64,000 nucleotides of DNA from positions 116,438,001-116,502,000 of the forward strand of contig NC_087437.1 in NCBI RefSeq assembly GCF_036321535.1, given 5' to 3'. The position numbers and the translations under genes are program-made. This DNA is from Camelus dromedarius (Eukaryota). A model generated the notes under the pieces. That model searched no databases and was not told where the DNA came from. It was given only the letters and a program-made list of their open reading frames with translations. This document shows, piece after piece, positions 49,323 to 63,061 of the stretch (position 1 is the first letter of the stretch; each line of letters starts with the position of its first letter).

Positions 49323-51049
49323 AGAGTGTATCACTTGACCCAACAAGCTTCCCAGAGCTATTAGCAGTCATCAACTGACTTTTGAGACTTTTGGTAAAAA
49401 CTAACTACTTAGTAAGCTGCACCGCTTCCCTGGGGCACTATCTCTTTTTCATCTCTGTGTTTCCTGAATCTGGAAGTCAGCAAAATGCTTTTTGGATGAA
49501 AATGAAGCCCAGCGCTTGGAGGGGTCAGATTTCTAAATTAAAGGATACACACAAAGATGTCCTTTTTCTCCAGACGAGAATTATTAGAACCCAGAAGCAG
49601 CGCCCAAGCGAGGTCACAGAACACCTTTTTCTAAGATCATTTCCAGTGGAGATGAACAGAAATCAGACCAATTACTGAATGTGAACTCAAGCCGGGCACT
49701 GGAACTGCTGACCTGGAAAGCACAACCACACAGTGTTCTGACTCTCGAATTCTCCATGGCCGTGGTGTGTCTGCTATCAGTCTATCGGCCACGCCCTTAT
49801 TCAAATGCAAAGAAGTCAACCCGCTTAAAAATGCATCTCTTCTTATTTTAGCTTCTGTGTGTCAAACTCAAAGAAGCCTCACATAAATGATCAAAGACTT
49901 TTCAGTGGTTCCTCCAAATGCGCGGACGGGCAGGGGCTGCCCCACTTCAATAATTTTCAATGAATCCTCTAAAATGAAGGTTTTGAAGATGCTTGCCAAT
50001 GGAACGTCCTGCCTCACAGCTATAATATTTTTTAAAAGGCATTCAGTTTAAATTAATATATTTGGCCAGACAACTGTATTAAAATTCTTGTTATTTTTTC
50101 TGTTATAATGGTAGCCTGTGGTATGACTGGTCTTCTTCAAAAATCTGTAGAGTTATTGCTTCTCTCTTGCCTGGGGTACCTCAGATGTTTTCCATTTAGT
50201 GAGCTACATGGCAGTACCTCATTAAAACAAACACTTAAGCTAAACGAAAGTCTTCATATCACGCCACAAAGTGTGCACGTAAACTCACTTAGAAAGTTTC
50301 AGAGCCTCGTAACTCATTGCAAACCGCTCTTGTACCAGCTGCTCAAATGATATTTAACTCTGCCGGACGATGTCACAGTATCCATGCTCTTAAAATTGCC
50401 CGCCTTTGGCAAGTTTATATTTTTTCTCATACAGTAAGCAAGAGGAGTTTCAGGAGTAAACAGAGACTTTTTTTTCCTACACAAGAAACATTTCCCCCCA
50501 CCCTGCCACACACACGCACGTGCATGCACACACACACACACAAGAGCGCACACCAAACGCTTCACTTCTACTTGTACTGCAACAAAGAACTAGAGAATGT
50601 TATGTGCAAATAAAGTCTTCGTAGCTCGCCTCTCTCCTGCTGGACAGCTCCTTCACTCACTAATTTCCCAAGACAGACAATACAACATAGGTCCACTCTG
50701 ATCTTCAGTCTCTGCCTACAATCCTGAGATGACTTACCTACTAATCTGAACCTCTGCATGGGCCCAAAAGTCATTGTTGACAGAAGACCAATTTGTGATT
50801 TTTTTCAAAACCAATTTCTACTGTTTTTCTTTTAGAGTTTGGGAGAGTAGGTTGTTTTGGGTGTTTCATCAAAGTTGTGATGGCCAGAACAACACTCAAG
50901 TCCAGGAGTTCTCGAAAGTCACACATAGGAAGCCTAGGACTTCAAAATACAGTCTGCTTTGAGGAAGAATTTCTTAAAAGGCACTGACCGACTGAAGACA
51001 AGCAAGTGGTGCGCAATGGCTTCATTCATTAATCTTGAAAAAGAGTTTT

Positions 51050-51795
51050 GCACCTCACGTCCAGAAGGCTGGCTACTACAAAATCAAAAACAAAAACAGG
51101 AAATGATAAATAAGCACTGGTGAGGATGTGGAGCAACTGGAACCCTCGCGCACTGTTGGTGGGAGTGTGAAATGGTGCAGCTGTCATGGAAAACGTTATG
51201 GCAGGTCCTCAAAAAATTAAAAATAGAATTTCCCTAGGATCTGGCAATTCCACTTCTGTATATGTACTCCAAAGAACTGAAAGCAAGACTTTGAAGAGGT
51301 ATTTGTAGGCAAATGGTCACAGCACCCTTATTCACAGCAGCCAAAAGGTAGAAGCAACCCAAACGTCCATCAACAGATGAACAAATAAACAAATGTGGTC
51401 CATCCGTACAATGGAATATCATTCAGCCTTAAAAAGGAAGCAAATTCTGACACACACATCACAACATGCACGGATCTGGAGAACACTATGCTCAGTGAAA
51501 TGAACCAGGCACAAAAGGACAAATTCTGTGTGATCCCACTTTTATGAGGCACCCAGAATAGTCAAATCTCATAGAAACAGGAAATAGAATGGCAGTTGCC
51601 AAGGGTTCAAGAGAGTAGGAAATGGTAAGTCTTTGATTCATGGGTACAGAGTTTCAGTTTTGCAAGATGAAAAAGTCCTAAAGGTTGGCTGCACAACAAT
51701 GTGAATATACTTAACATCACTGAACTGTACAACACTTAAAAATCTTAAGACGGTAAATTTTATGTTAGGTGTATTTTACTAAAACTAAAAATATA
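51050..51795 (+). mobile_element. Older L1 (L1MB-like) ORF2 end and 3'UTR
   Basis: ggtgaggatgtggagcaactggaaccctc...gtttcagttttgcaagatgaaaaag...gtaaattttatgtta. Confidence 0.88.
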
Positions 51796-53967
51796 AAAGA
51801 TTTTTCAGCACCTAGTACAGACAAAAATTATGCGATGTCTTACGCTGAGAATTATTTCATGATTTTCAGAGCACCTTCCTCCATTCCCTCATTCATCCCT
51901 CCATACAGCAGGCATGTACAGATAACGTACAATGTGTTCACCTAGCAGCTTTTCAGCCTGAAAGACTCAAAGATGAATCAGGGATGTGCCCTACATTTCA
52001 AGACATTGCCGGGACATAAATACAAAGTACAATGTGTTCCTTGCTGAAAGCTGCTGTGTTTCCTAGATTTTTTTCCCTTCAATCGCCATTTCAAATATGC
52101 TGCCATGTTGGCCCCATATATTCACTAGTGTTTACAAATTAACGTGCTGGATCCTGACACAACTTCTCTTTTCACCAGAGGGATACAGATAAAACGCTCT
52201 GGGATTCCAAGGGTAGAAGGAACTTCCTATTAAATACACATCTTCAACCATTAAGAAACACACACACATAATTTTTCTTTTTAATCAACACTTCTTGGTG
52301 CTTTTTCTTGTCTCATCCTCTCTGTGGCTCTGCCCTGCCTACACAAGCTGTCTCTGGACCCAGGCCTAGCTTGTTATAGCTGATGACAAGCATTACATGG
52401 GCCATGAGCCATCAGCTCCCTCTGCGCCCCAAGAAACAGAGCTCACGTGAGGACCTCCATCAGACCAGGGTTAAATATCTTGCTGGTAAGTTAGCCCTGA
52501 AACTGGGCTCTCCAAGTAGACACTGAGGTTGGCTCCAGCCAAACCCAACCTACACACAGGGACTCTGGGGGCCACCAGAGCTATTTGTGACATCTCAATC
52601 CAAAGCCCAAACTATAAAGCTGATCAGATAATGGCAAGGATGAGCCTCAGAAAGAAGAAGCCCCATAAAAATAACCATGGTTTCCAGAACAGCCGTTCTC
52701 TCCCAGGCCTAAAATACTCTCCCTTCTTTGTAAACTACCTTGAGAACTCCTCTCCATCCTTCCATACCGGATCTAGACTCGCTTCCTAAGTGAAGCCTCC
52801 TCCTGGAATGTCACCCCCTCTGCTGTGTCCCCAGTGTTTTGCGCATCCTCCATCAAGGCTCCTGTTTGTACAGCTGTACCCACCATTACATTTGGAGACA
52901 ACAGGCCACGTTTTTGAATGTTCAGAACCCAACACAGAGCCTGAGACTCTGTGTGGTGGATAAAAGGATGCGGGAGCAGATGAGGCAACGGGATCTCATG
53001 GGTGTTCATATTTCAAAATGTTAGATTAAAATTGTGCAATTAGTCATGGTCAGTCTGCACTTAGAAATGCCAAAATGATGTGCCCTAAATTATTTCAACC
53101 CTAAAATTTCTTCTTGCAAGTAAAGTCTTTGTTTAACCAAAAAAAAAAAAAAAGTGGATAAATTTAACAGATGGACTTTTTTTTTTGGTCAATAACATCT
53201 CAGGAGCTAGTGCTATGAAAGGAAGATAGAATTAAATGTGTCCTGGATCCACTTGGTCCTCCTTCCTTCACGGCTCTTGGACCAAAGAGATAGAAACATG
53301 TCCAGGGTGATGAAGGGGTCTAATGAGAACGAGGCACCTGGCAGTCACTGCCCACTTAACTACCCAACTGAGCGGCCATGGGAGAGGCACTGGCTGGGGG
53401 CAATTCCAGATTTTTGGAATTGGTTTCTGGCCAAAGCTTGTCCTAGGGCTAAGTGGCCAAATGAGTGACCCAGTGTGTCGGTTTCCATGGTTTCATCGGA
53501 GGGGTGCAATTTCACAAGGTACCACAGCACTTTGCTTTCAGCCACGTGACCAGGTATGACTGATACTGACGGGGAGACAGAGACAGGAAGTGCCCTGGGT
53601 TCCTGGTTGTAACCGGCAAGTCAAAGAGCTCCCTGTGACTCTTATTCAAGCTCTGCTGACGATTCGCCTCTGACCACCAGGACAGCTGCTCCACTGCTCC
53701 AAGATACACTCTCTATTCTGTACAACGAGACTGAGCTCCTTTCACAGCTGCATAAATCCTTTCCCCCAGGAACAGACTTCCCAGCATCTATCCTGGACAA
53801 CTGGGAAGCAAGAACATCAGTTCAGCCTCCACAGACAGAAGTAAACGCTCTTCCTTATGCCATCAGAATCCTAGGTTCTAACGTGCAGGTGTGACGGTCC
53901 TCACCTCACTGATGGAGCATCTCTGGATCCCAACAAAAATGGTAACTTCTAGATCAGGGACCCCTTA

Positions 53968-54265
53968 CAGCAACCACTAGTCATGTGTGGCTTTTGAGCA
54001 CTGGAGCCGGCGAGTCCAAATTGAGAAGCGATGTTAGTGTAAAATACCACCAGATTTTGAAGACTTAATACAGAAAAAAAAAAAAAGAAATATCTCATTA
54101 ATCATTTTTATATTGACTACATGTTGAAAGGATTCCGTCTTGGATATACTGGCTTTTCTCAGCAGATACTGACACAGTATCTAAAGCACGTAAAGAAAAC
54201 ACGTGATTAAAATTAATTTCACCTGTTTCGTTCTACATTTACCTTTTCTAAAATGTGGCTTCTAG
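53968..54265. mobile_element. MER33-like hAT-Charlie remnant
   Basis: gtgtaaaataccaccagattttgaagactta...tatctcattaat...tattgactacatgttgaaa...attaaaattaatttcacctgtttc. Confidence 0.8.
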
Positions 54266-56029
54266 CCTCAGTCACCCCGTGATAGATCGACACGGAGGCA
54301 AGCACCAGACCCTGCCTTGGGAGGTTCCCAATGTCCCTTGTCACCTTTCTGAGGGATTAGCCTCTTCTGGGTGTGAAACTTCTCAGTCTGCCTCCATCAA
54401 ACACTGGCCCGTGTCAGCCGACTAACCAGCCTCCAAGCTCTCAGTGAGAGGACATTCTGGTGATGACAGTGGTGGGCGGCACACCGCAGGGGACGATGGA
54501 GGCAGATAAAGAGGGTCAGGTGAGGAGGCCAAGTCTGGATCCGACTCACCCCAGGGCGAGAGCTCCTTTCCTTAGCTGCCCCTGCAGCAGTCTGGCGGCT
54601 GTGGCAGGTCTGGCGGCAGGGGGAGTTTGTACACCTCAAATTTCACTTAGCTGGACCACGACTGCGAGTGGTAAGCACACCGCTGTGTATCTATTTTGCT
54701 TTCTAAACGAGCTTTTACAATGCTGTCGGACCCATCTGGATGAAAGATGCCATCCAATTATAAATTCTTATTACTCTTTTTATTGCCTTGTAGGAGTTCT
54801 GATGCAGGCTTTTACACGCCCAGATGTTTCTGTTTAAAGCGCTTCATTCAAATGAAATTTGAAGAAAAGTCCAGATTACTCAACCGCAGTGACCTGAGTA
54901 AAAACCCCCTCGTTCATTTTGGTAATCCAAATAAATTTAGAGCATGAAGGCGGGTGCCTGGACAGCTCTGGCTGAAAAAGTGCTTTGTCTCCCGTTTCAC
55001 CTTACATTATGATAATACACTTAATTGCACTTCGTTTTTAATAACAGGAAGGACTTGTTTTAGGCCATAGATTACCACTTGCTGGAGTGCAAAACAAGCC
55101 TTAAACAGCTGCCGTATCAGTAATAATAACTGAAAAAGCGATCATAACATGCATTTTAAGGCAATTTGTCAGGCTTACACAGACTCTTAAACAATTGAAA
55201 ATTTATTTTGTGAATGGTTGAAATTAAAGTGCCATCAAATTTATTCCAAAGAAGTTTTATTTCAAACTGACTTAAAATATATAACGTGTAACATACTTAG
55301 CAGGGCAATTCAAATAGAAGTCATGTCATTCTCCTTATAAATAGATCAACGGGAAAAATCAACAGCTTCCAAGCGAAAATACAATGCACTGTTCGTGCTC
55401 TCAGCTCACTTACAGATCCATCAAGATGCCCTGTGATTCTTCCAGTTAAATTGCTCAGATGACTGACTTTCCTTTGCATGTATTTTCTAATGGTTTGTTT
55501 ATGGATTCTACTGATAGGTCTGCGGTGATCCCCCAAGGCTGAAAGATGTTTACGGGACAGATGACATCATCACCATGACAAGCTTTACCGTGTTTATCCC
55601 AATTGGGTTTAGAGGGTCTTCAAAACCTGGCTTTAAAATCTTAGTTATTATGTAGCTTAATGCGTTCCTGATGTTTCTGGAGGAGTATGTTTCTAAAAAT
55701 CAAGAAATCCTTCTGTTAAAAGAAAACCAATGACTTGTCTGATCCGGTTTAATGCATGGCTAGTTCACACTCTTCCCAGACACTTACACTGTGAGTACCA
55801 AGGGGTTTATCACCAAAAATTAAATACATAAACACTACATAGTTATTTCATACAAATTATTACAATATAGGAAACAATTAGGATATTTTATAGAAAAGAA
55901 AAAAAGTCCACAGGAGTGTAAGAAATGTCCCTCTACTGAGGGCAAAGTTACTGTTACCGGTTTAAACCTGTTAGAAGCTTCTTGAATTTGAGATTCTTCA
56001 GATGAGACCCCCAAGTAGAGCACAGCTAA

Positions 56030-56370
56030 CGTGTGGCCATCGGGCTTCTATCTGAACTACTAGTGATGGAAAGTTCTGTCTTTTAGAATTTAGCCCCACT
56101 AGAAGGTGGCCAGCTGGAGAGAACCGACCTTTCTATGGAGCTGAAATCACCCTTTTGGAGCCTTCCCCACCAATGGAGGCTCAGGCTAACCTAGACTTAT
56201 GTAGAGTACTAAGTATAATTGGTCTTAGACACAGTAATATCTAAAGCTTTCATCACGCTCCCCAGAGCCTTCTAATCTCCAGGCCAAACATCCCTCAAAA
56301 TGTCCTTCAGATGATGTGATTTCAGATCTTTATTTACCCCCTGGGCATGCCATCACATTCCATTTGCCAG
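56030..56370 (-). mobile_element. L3/CR1 remnant (tentative)
   Basis: gagctgaaatc and ctccaggccaaacatccc resemble the recalled L3 consensus. Confidence 0.45.
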
Positions 56371-56564
56371 TATCCTTACTGACGCATTCGTTCTGTGTGT
56401 AGGTTAAAAAAAAAAAAAAAAAGATGACACTGAAATGTTAGTGGAGATTAGTTCTAGATACAATTTTGGACTATTTTTATTTTCTTCCTTATCCTTTTCT
56501 GTGTTTTCCCATCTTTCTACCATAAGCATATGCATTTGCAACATTTGCAGCCGGTTTAATTCAA

Positions 56565-57120
56565 TATTCATTCATTCAATGAATTACTGAGCCCCTGCTC
56601 TGTGCCAGGAACTGTTGTGTGAAGTAAGGCTGCAGCCACAAACAAACGAAATGAAAACCCCAGTTCTTATGAACTCACCACCTCAATGGAGGAGACATGC
56701 AGTAAAAAAAAAAAAAAAAAAAAAAAAAGACAAAAATTAACAGCATGTTAGAAGGTGAGATAAAACTGAGGAGAATGGGGTAAAGGGCGGGGGCACCGTG
56801 AGGGATGGACAGGGACAGTCTTACTATGAAGGTGATAAAGACCTAAAGGAAGGGAGGGAATGGGCTGCTCTACGTGGGCAGAATATTCCAGACTGAAGGA
56901 ACAGCAACTGCAAAGGCCCTGGGGTAGGAACATGCCTGGAATTCTTGAGAAACACCAAGAAAGCCTGTGTGGGTGGAGCGGAGAGAACAAAGGGTTAGGC
57001 AGTAGGAGATGAGATCAAGATGGTCAGACGGCACAACGTGAAGACTTGGCCTTGATTTCCAGGTTTTGGCCGTGGAGTGACATGGTCTAACTCAGTGTTT
57101 TAACAGGTCACTTTAGCTGC
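56565..57120 (-). mobile_element. L2 3' end
   Basis: attcattcattcaatgaattactgagcccctgctctgtgccagg...gaacagcaactgcaaaggccctggggtaggaacatgcctgg. Confidence 0.85.
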
Positions 57121-57599
57121 TTGGAGAACAGACCCACGAAAGGTTAGAGCAGAAGGAGGCAGACTGGTAAGCAAAGCAGAGCCATGGTCCACGGAGGCCT
57201 GGACCAGGACAGCAGCAGAGAAGGGGTCCTGTTCCAGATTCCCAAGGTTCAGGCAACAAGCTTTGCGGAGAAAACAGAGTTAAAAAGAGATGTCTGGAAC
57301 TAAACACTCCAAGTGCCGTCTTCCCGCGGCAGAAGAGAGACGATTTTACATTTCCTTTCCCAGGGTATCCTATTCTCACAAACACTGAAACCCCAAATTC
57401 GAGCCAGCCAGCACGATGAGAATGATTAAATAAGGTACACAGCCCAGGCGGGGTTTGACCTGACGAGGGCAGAAGTCTCTCTAAGTAAATCCCTCCCACA
57501 AACCACAGCCTCCTCTCCTTCCATCTTTCCCTCGCCCTCACTCTCTTTCTGAAACCCCCTGTACCCTTGTTAAGCCCCCTCTTCCTCGCCTGGTCTCTG

Positions 57600-58860
57600 T
57601 TTTCCCAGACCCCCTGTCAACTCACGGTCTCACTTACCTCCCCATGGTCAGCACACTGGTCCCCTGAAATCTCTCCTCTCCTCCCTAACCAGGAGGCTGG
57701 GCACCCCCTTTTCTTCCTCCACCCCAATCCCACAGACCAAGCATCACTGGGGAGATCATGTACCTGTACTGCTTGGGTCTACCTCAAATCCTGTCACTTT
57801 CTAAACTCATTTGGAATTTACTTCTACTCTTTTTAACTTTTTTCATTCCTCTCTAATCCACTGCCTATGAAATAGCCAGCACAGCCACTGGAAGCCTTCT
57901 ATTTTTCTCTTACCCCAAACCGGCTCTCGCTTCACTCCTAGAGGATGATCTAGCTTTTCATCTTCTTAAGAAGAATGAAGCCACAAAAAGTGAGTTCTTT
58001 CAATGTGAGCCTCTCCCGCTCGAGGTTTCTCAGTAGCTGCACCCATCTCCTCCCCTTTTTCTGGGACTCAGAGGAAAAAATCTCTCTTGTGTCTTTCCAA
58101 ATTGAACCCCTCCTGCTAAGCCTGTGAGACAGCCCTGCCAAGGGTTTCCAACATGCCGTCTTACCCACTGTCCTTTCCCTTTGTACCTTCCATCTTTCTT
58201 CCAGCAGTGGCTATTCTCCCTGTGCAAGAGAAATTTCTTCTACTCTAAAACAAAGAATCCAAAACATCTCTCGACTCCACTTAAGCCAGCATTCAATATC
58301 TCACTTTCCCTTGTTTCAGCAAAAGCTAATTAAGCCAGGAAGGCGCTACGATTCTCAGACACAGAGACAAAGATGGTAGAGCTCTGGGCTTCGCCAGCAT
58401 GTTTCCCAGAAGACCAGACAGTCAACACTGCCTGTCACTTCACTTGCTTTCTTTCATTCCTTGCGAGATGACGTCTAGAGAACTCCACTGGGAGAGCTTT
58501 CACAATGTGACCACACCCATTCCTAGGGGTAAATCTCTCCCCTCCTCAGTGGTCTTCAGAACCCACCAGCTCCACGCTGTCCCGTCAGCTCTAACCTGCC
58601 TCCTGCTGAACTCTTCAAAGCTGAAGGTCAGTAACCAAATTCTCCAAACTTCTCCTCCCTTCTCTTTTCTATCCACCTCCATCCTTCACTTCCTCATGAA
58701 CCTTCCTATTCTTAGAAACGGCATCCCCGTCTTCCAGGCCTCCCGGTCCAGCATGCTCACCCTGTTATCTTTAACATCTCCCACGGCCACATCTTGTCCC
58801 TCTATCAGTAAATCCTTCCTTTTCCTTTTTTTAATATCCCAGATGTGAGCACCAACCCTC
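57600..58860 (+). mobile_element. Decayed L2 internal fragment(s)
   Basis: CT-rich strand with L2-like motifs (gatgatctagcttttcatcttcttaagaagaatgaagcca). Confidence 0.5.
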
Positions 58861-58880
58861 TCATCAAAATCCCATAGCAG

Positions 58881-59379
58881 TTGTGGTATATTTATACAAT
58901 GGAATACTACTCAGCCATTAAAAAGAATAAAATAATGCCATTTGCAGCAACATGGATGGACCTGGAGATCATTATTCTAAGTGAAGTAGGCCGGAAAGAG
59001 AAAGAAAAATACCATATGGTATCATTTACATGTGGAATCTAAAAAAAAAAAAGAAAAGAAAAAAGAGGATACTAATGAATTCATGTACAAAACAGAAACA
59101 AACTCTCAGACATAGTAAACAATCTTATGGTTACCAGGGGAAAAGGAGTGGAAAGGGATAAACTTGGGAATTTGAGATTTGCCAACATTAGCCACTATAT
59201 ATAAAAACAGATAAAAAACAAATGTCTTCTGGATAGCACAGGGAACTATATTCAATATTGCATAACAGCCTTTAATGAAAAAGAATATTAAAAGGAATAT
59301 ATGTATGTAGATGCATGACTGGGACATTACGCTGTACACTGGAAAGTGACACATTGTGACTGATTATACTTCAATTAAA
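58881..59379 (+). mobile_element. Lineage-specific L1 3' portion with TSD
   Basis: L1 ORF2 end and 3'UTR. TSD aaaatcccatagcag (58866-58880) / aaaatcccatagaag (59380-59394). Confidence 0.95.
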
Positions 59380-59689
59380 AAAATCCCATAGAAGCTTAAA
59401 ATTTTTCCTGTTACCCCAACTGAAAAGTTGTCCATCAAAATATTTATTGTTACCGAGTTGATGGGGTTTTATGTAATTATTTTTTTCAGTTGTTCACAGT
59501 GACATGTAGAGTTTTGCCATGAGAGAAAAAAACAAAAAACAAAAAACTTATTTTGTGGTCATGGGAGACAGAGAGGAAGAAAAGAAAGTCAGTATGGAGA
59601 GAGGAATGTGGAATGACGGGCCTGCAGCTCCTCCTCTATGATCCAAGCAGGTTTTACAGCACTTCGTGGGCACAGGGGAAACCGGCCAA

Positions 59690-60072
59690 GCATCTGCCAA
59701 TGTCCCTTTCCTCCTGGGCACCCAGGTGGACTATATTTCCCAGTCTCCTCTGCAATCAGGTGTGGTCACATGACTGAATTCTGGCCAATGGGAAGTGGGT
59801 GGAAGCCCACCAATGAAACACTCCCGCATAAGCGTCCACTCTCTTTCCCACCAACTGGCTGAATGAACAGCTTCTGCGGACACAGAGAAGAGCAAAATCT
59901 AGACAGAGGCTGGGAGGGAAGGAGGCTGGATCCCTGCGTCACCGCTCACAAGAGAGATACCCAGGAGAGCCACCACACCAGCAACCCCTGTACTGGGCTG
60001 AGAGAGAAATAACTTTTTTTGGACCACTGAAATTTGGGGGGTTGTTAGAGCTGTTAGTCTTCCCTGATTAAC
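59690..60072 (+). mobile_element. MLT1J/LTR16-like ancient LTR
   Basis: ctatatttcccagtctcctctgcaatcaggtgtggtcacatgactgaattctggccaatgg...gagagaaataacttt...ccactgaaatttgggggg. Confidence 0.75.
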
Positions 60073-60771
60073 TCCGAGGTTGTCCCTCACTCCCGCCCAG
60101 CACCGCTAAAAGAGCCCAGCCCAGTCACCCGAAGTTACCCAGCAGAGAACTGACATCTTCCACGGGAGTCGCCCTCAGTGAGAGTTACGGGACCTCCCGG
60201 CACCTGCCGCCCGGCCCCACCCCATGCTTCGTGAGACTCTGCACTTGAAGACGCCCAAAGCTCATGTTTTCAGCTACTCAGAGCTGCAGGTGCTCACGAA
60301 GAGAAAGCTCTCTGTTTCTGTGACCTGGAAGCAGTGATAACATGAATTGCATTCCTTGGAGTGCCAAGAAAAGTGTTAAGTCTCTCCTATCACTATGGAA
60401 AAATGACAAATTTGGGACTTTCTCTATTTTTAGTTGCTAACATATGCATTTCTGGAAACTCTTATTTAATACCAAAAGAAATATTTCCATATTGAATTTC
60501 AATAGTGCAATATGCTGTTTTAGTATAAAATTAAAAGATCTGGTACATAGAGATCTGTAAAGTTGTATAATCCCCACTGGCTCTCACTCTGATGGTGCTC
60601 CTCCAGGGCGCGAGTTCTAAGTGGATTGGCAAGACTTTGTGTCATGTGCTATCAGGATTCCCCTCCCAGACTTTGAGGGCCGCACTGGGGGTTTCAGGGA
60701 TGGGTGAGTATCAGTGACCAAAGATACTAGCTTGAGAAAAAGCTAGTATATTTTTAAATGATAATGGTTAA

Positions 60772-61445
60772 TTTTTAATTCAAATATAGTCAGTTAACAA
60801 TATTGTATCAATTTCTGGTGTACAGCATAGTGTTTCGGTCATGCATACACATATGTACATATTTGTTATAGTTTACTACAAGATGTTGAATATAGTTCCC
60901 TGTGCTCTACAGCAGAAATTTGTTCTTTATCTACTTTATATATTATTAGTTAGTATCTGCAAATCTCAAACTCCCAGTTTATCGCTTCCCCCATCCTTTC
61001 CCTACTGGCAGCCATACGTTTATTTTCTGTCTGTGAGTCTGTTTCTGTTTTGTAAATAAGTTCAAGTGCTTTTTCTTTTAGATGCCACATAAAAGTGATA
61101 GCAAATGGTATTTTTTTTTCTCTTTCTGGCTTACTTCACTTAGACTGATGATCTCCATGTCCCATGTTGCTGCAAATGGCATTATTTTATTCTTTTTATG
61201 GCTGAGTAGTATTCCACTGTATAAATATACCACAACTTCTTTATCCAGTCATCTGCCAATGAACATTTAAGTTGTTTCCACGTCTTGGCTATTGTAAATA
61301 GTGCTGCTGTGAGCATTGGGGTGCGTGTATCTTTTCGAATTAGAGTTCCCTCCAGATATATGTAGGAGTGCTGGATCATATGGTAGGTCTATTTTCAGTT
61401 TTTTTCATACTGTTTTCCATAATGGCTGCTCCAAAACATTCCCAG
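60772..61445 (-). mobile_element. Lineage-specific L1 3' portion with TSD
   Basis: Reversed L1 (ORF track ...MLTAALFTIAKTWKQLKC...DWIKKLWYIYTVEYYSAIK is the ORF2 C-terminus). TSD taatggttaa (60762-60771) / taatagttaa (61446-61455). Confidence 0.93.
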
Positions 61446-62770
61446 TAATAGTTAAATGCTTAACCACTTAGAACCCTTGGGACTTTAACCAAAGAGAACA
61501 GAGTGACAGCTTACACAGAAAAGCTCTTGAAGGGGCAGATTAAATCCTAAGCACAAGGGAAAACCGGTACGTGTTGTGGACAATTTCCCTTGATTCTTCA
61601 GAAAATTCTTGGAATGTTCTAAGTATAGACATCTTTTGGGGTGACTGTTCCAGCAGATGCTCACCTCAGTACCACCTGTATATTTACTTCTTTTTTTGCT
61701 CCTAAAGATACAGAACAAACTGAAACTGGGGGAGATGGACAAGGTGTTCCTTGGGTGTCAGTAAGCGAACAAAGTTTTTAAAAATTCTGTTATGGCTGGA
61801 ATTGTTTGATATGCGCTGTTGGCAACTGGCACTTTATAGTTAATGTACTATTTTTTTCTTTTTCTTTTTAACTGGAGCAGGACATTAAGTTCCTAGGGGA
61901 ACTTAGAGTTTTGGCAGAAGCCCTTGTCTAAAGAGAGGCACCAAACTGTGAGGTAGAATATGTTTAGAGCCACCCCAAATCCGACCTGGTGAACTCAGCC
62001 CATCACTGATTTCAAGGTCACAGGAGGAGGAAGGAGCCGACAGGAGAAGTGGACACTGAAGTTTCTCACCCTGAAACAGCTCAGAACCGAGGGAGGCATG
62101 AACCCTGAACCTGAATAGGAGATTGGAGTTTGTTTAAGAATTAACTGGATTTCTGAATACCTGAAAATAAAATTGTGCGTTAACAATTACAAGTGATCAT
62201 AAAAACTCTGAATGGACCTGGGATGTCATTTGAGAGGAGGGTACTTCCTCTTAGCGGGTGGGGAGGAGCAGCGATGAGAAAAGTAAGGTTTCCGCACACG
62301 TTCCTGAGTCCAGCTCATTCGGTCAAATGGCCACATACCTGAGTGCTGGCACTCTAGTAAGTGAGGAGGACTGGCTGCAAAAATCACAGTGCTAACATTT
62401 AAATTTCCTTTTAAGAAAGAGTGAATCACAATCCCTCCCCTCAGGTCCTGTGAGGCGTCCTCTTTTTCCAAAGGCATCCAAGAGCTTCTAGTCCAAAGGC
62501 TAAGGTTACTGCAAGTGTGCTTCAAACAAGAAGTCATTTTCCAACACTTTCCAAATTCTCAAATGGTAAATAGTGAAGGCATGGAAATACAAGGTAGATC
62601 AGTGTTCACCGTCGCCACAGCAGCCCTCCAGTCTGGAGCAGCTCTTCCTGGGGAGCCTTATTTCCATCATGTGTTAGTAAAGAACGTGGCTTTAGGGAAG
62701 CCAAGAGTAAGACATGAAGAAACCTCCCAGATATACTTACCACACACAGAGGTGACAAAAATTACACTAC

Positions 62771-63061
62771 ACGCGGACATAGAAAACAAACTACAATTAC
62801 CAAAGGGGAAAGGGCAGGGGAGGGATAAACTAGGAGTTTGGGATTAACAGATAACACATTACTATGTGTAAAACAGATAAACAACAAGGGCCTACTGTAT
62901 AGCACAGGGAACTCTATTCGATGTCTTGTAATAACGTATAATGGAAAAGAATCTGAAAAGAAAAAATGTATATGTATGTATATTTATAACTGAATTGCTT
63001 TGCTGTCCACCCGAAACTAACACTGTAAATCAACTACATTTCAATAAAAAAAATTAACTTT
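62771..63061 (+). mobile_element. L1 3' end with TSD
   Basis: L1 3'UTR. TSD aaaaattacactac (62757-62770) / aaaaattacactgc (63062-63075). Confidence 0.93.

Noticed and set aside
56300..56310. atgtccttcag, an 11-mer matching my recollection of the distal ERG MIQTVPDPAAHIK exon
   Set aside because: The flanks do not match, there is no such reading frame, and the context looks like L3/CR1. That exon appears to lie outside the window.
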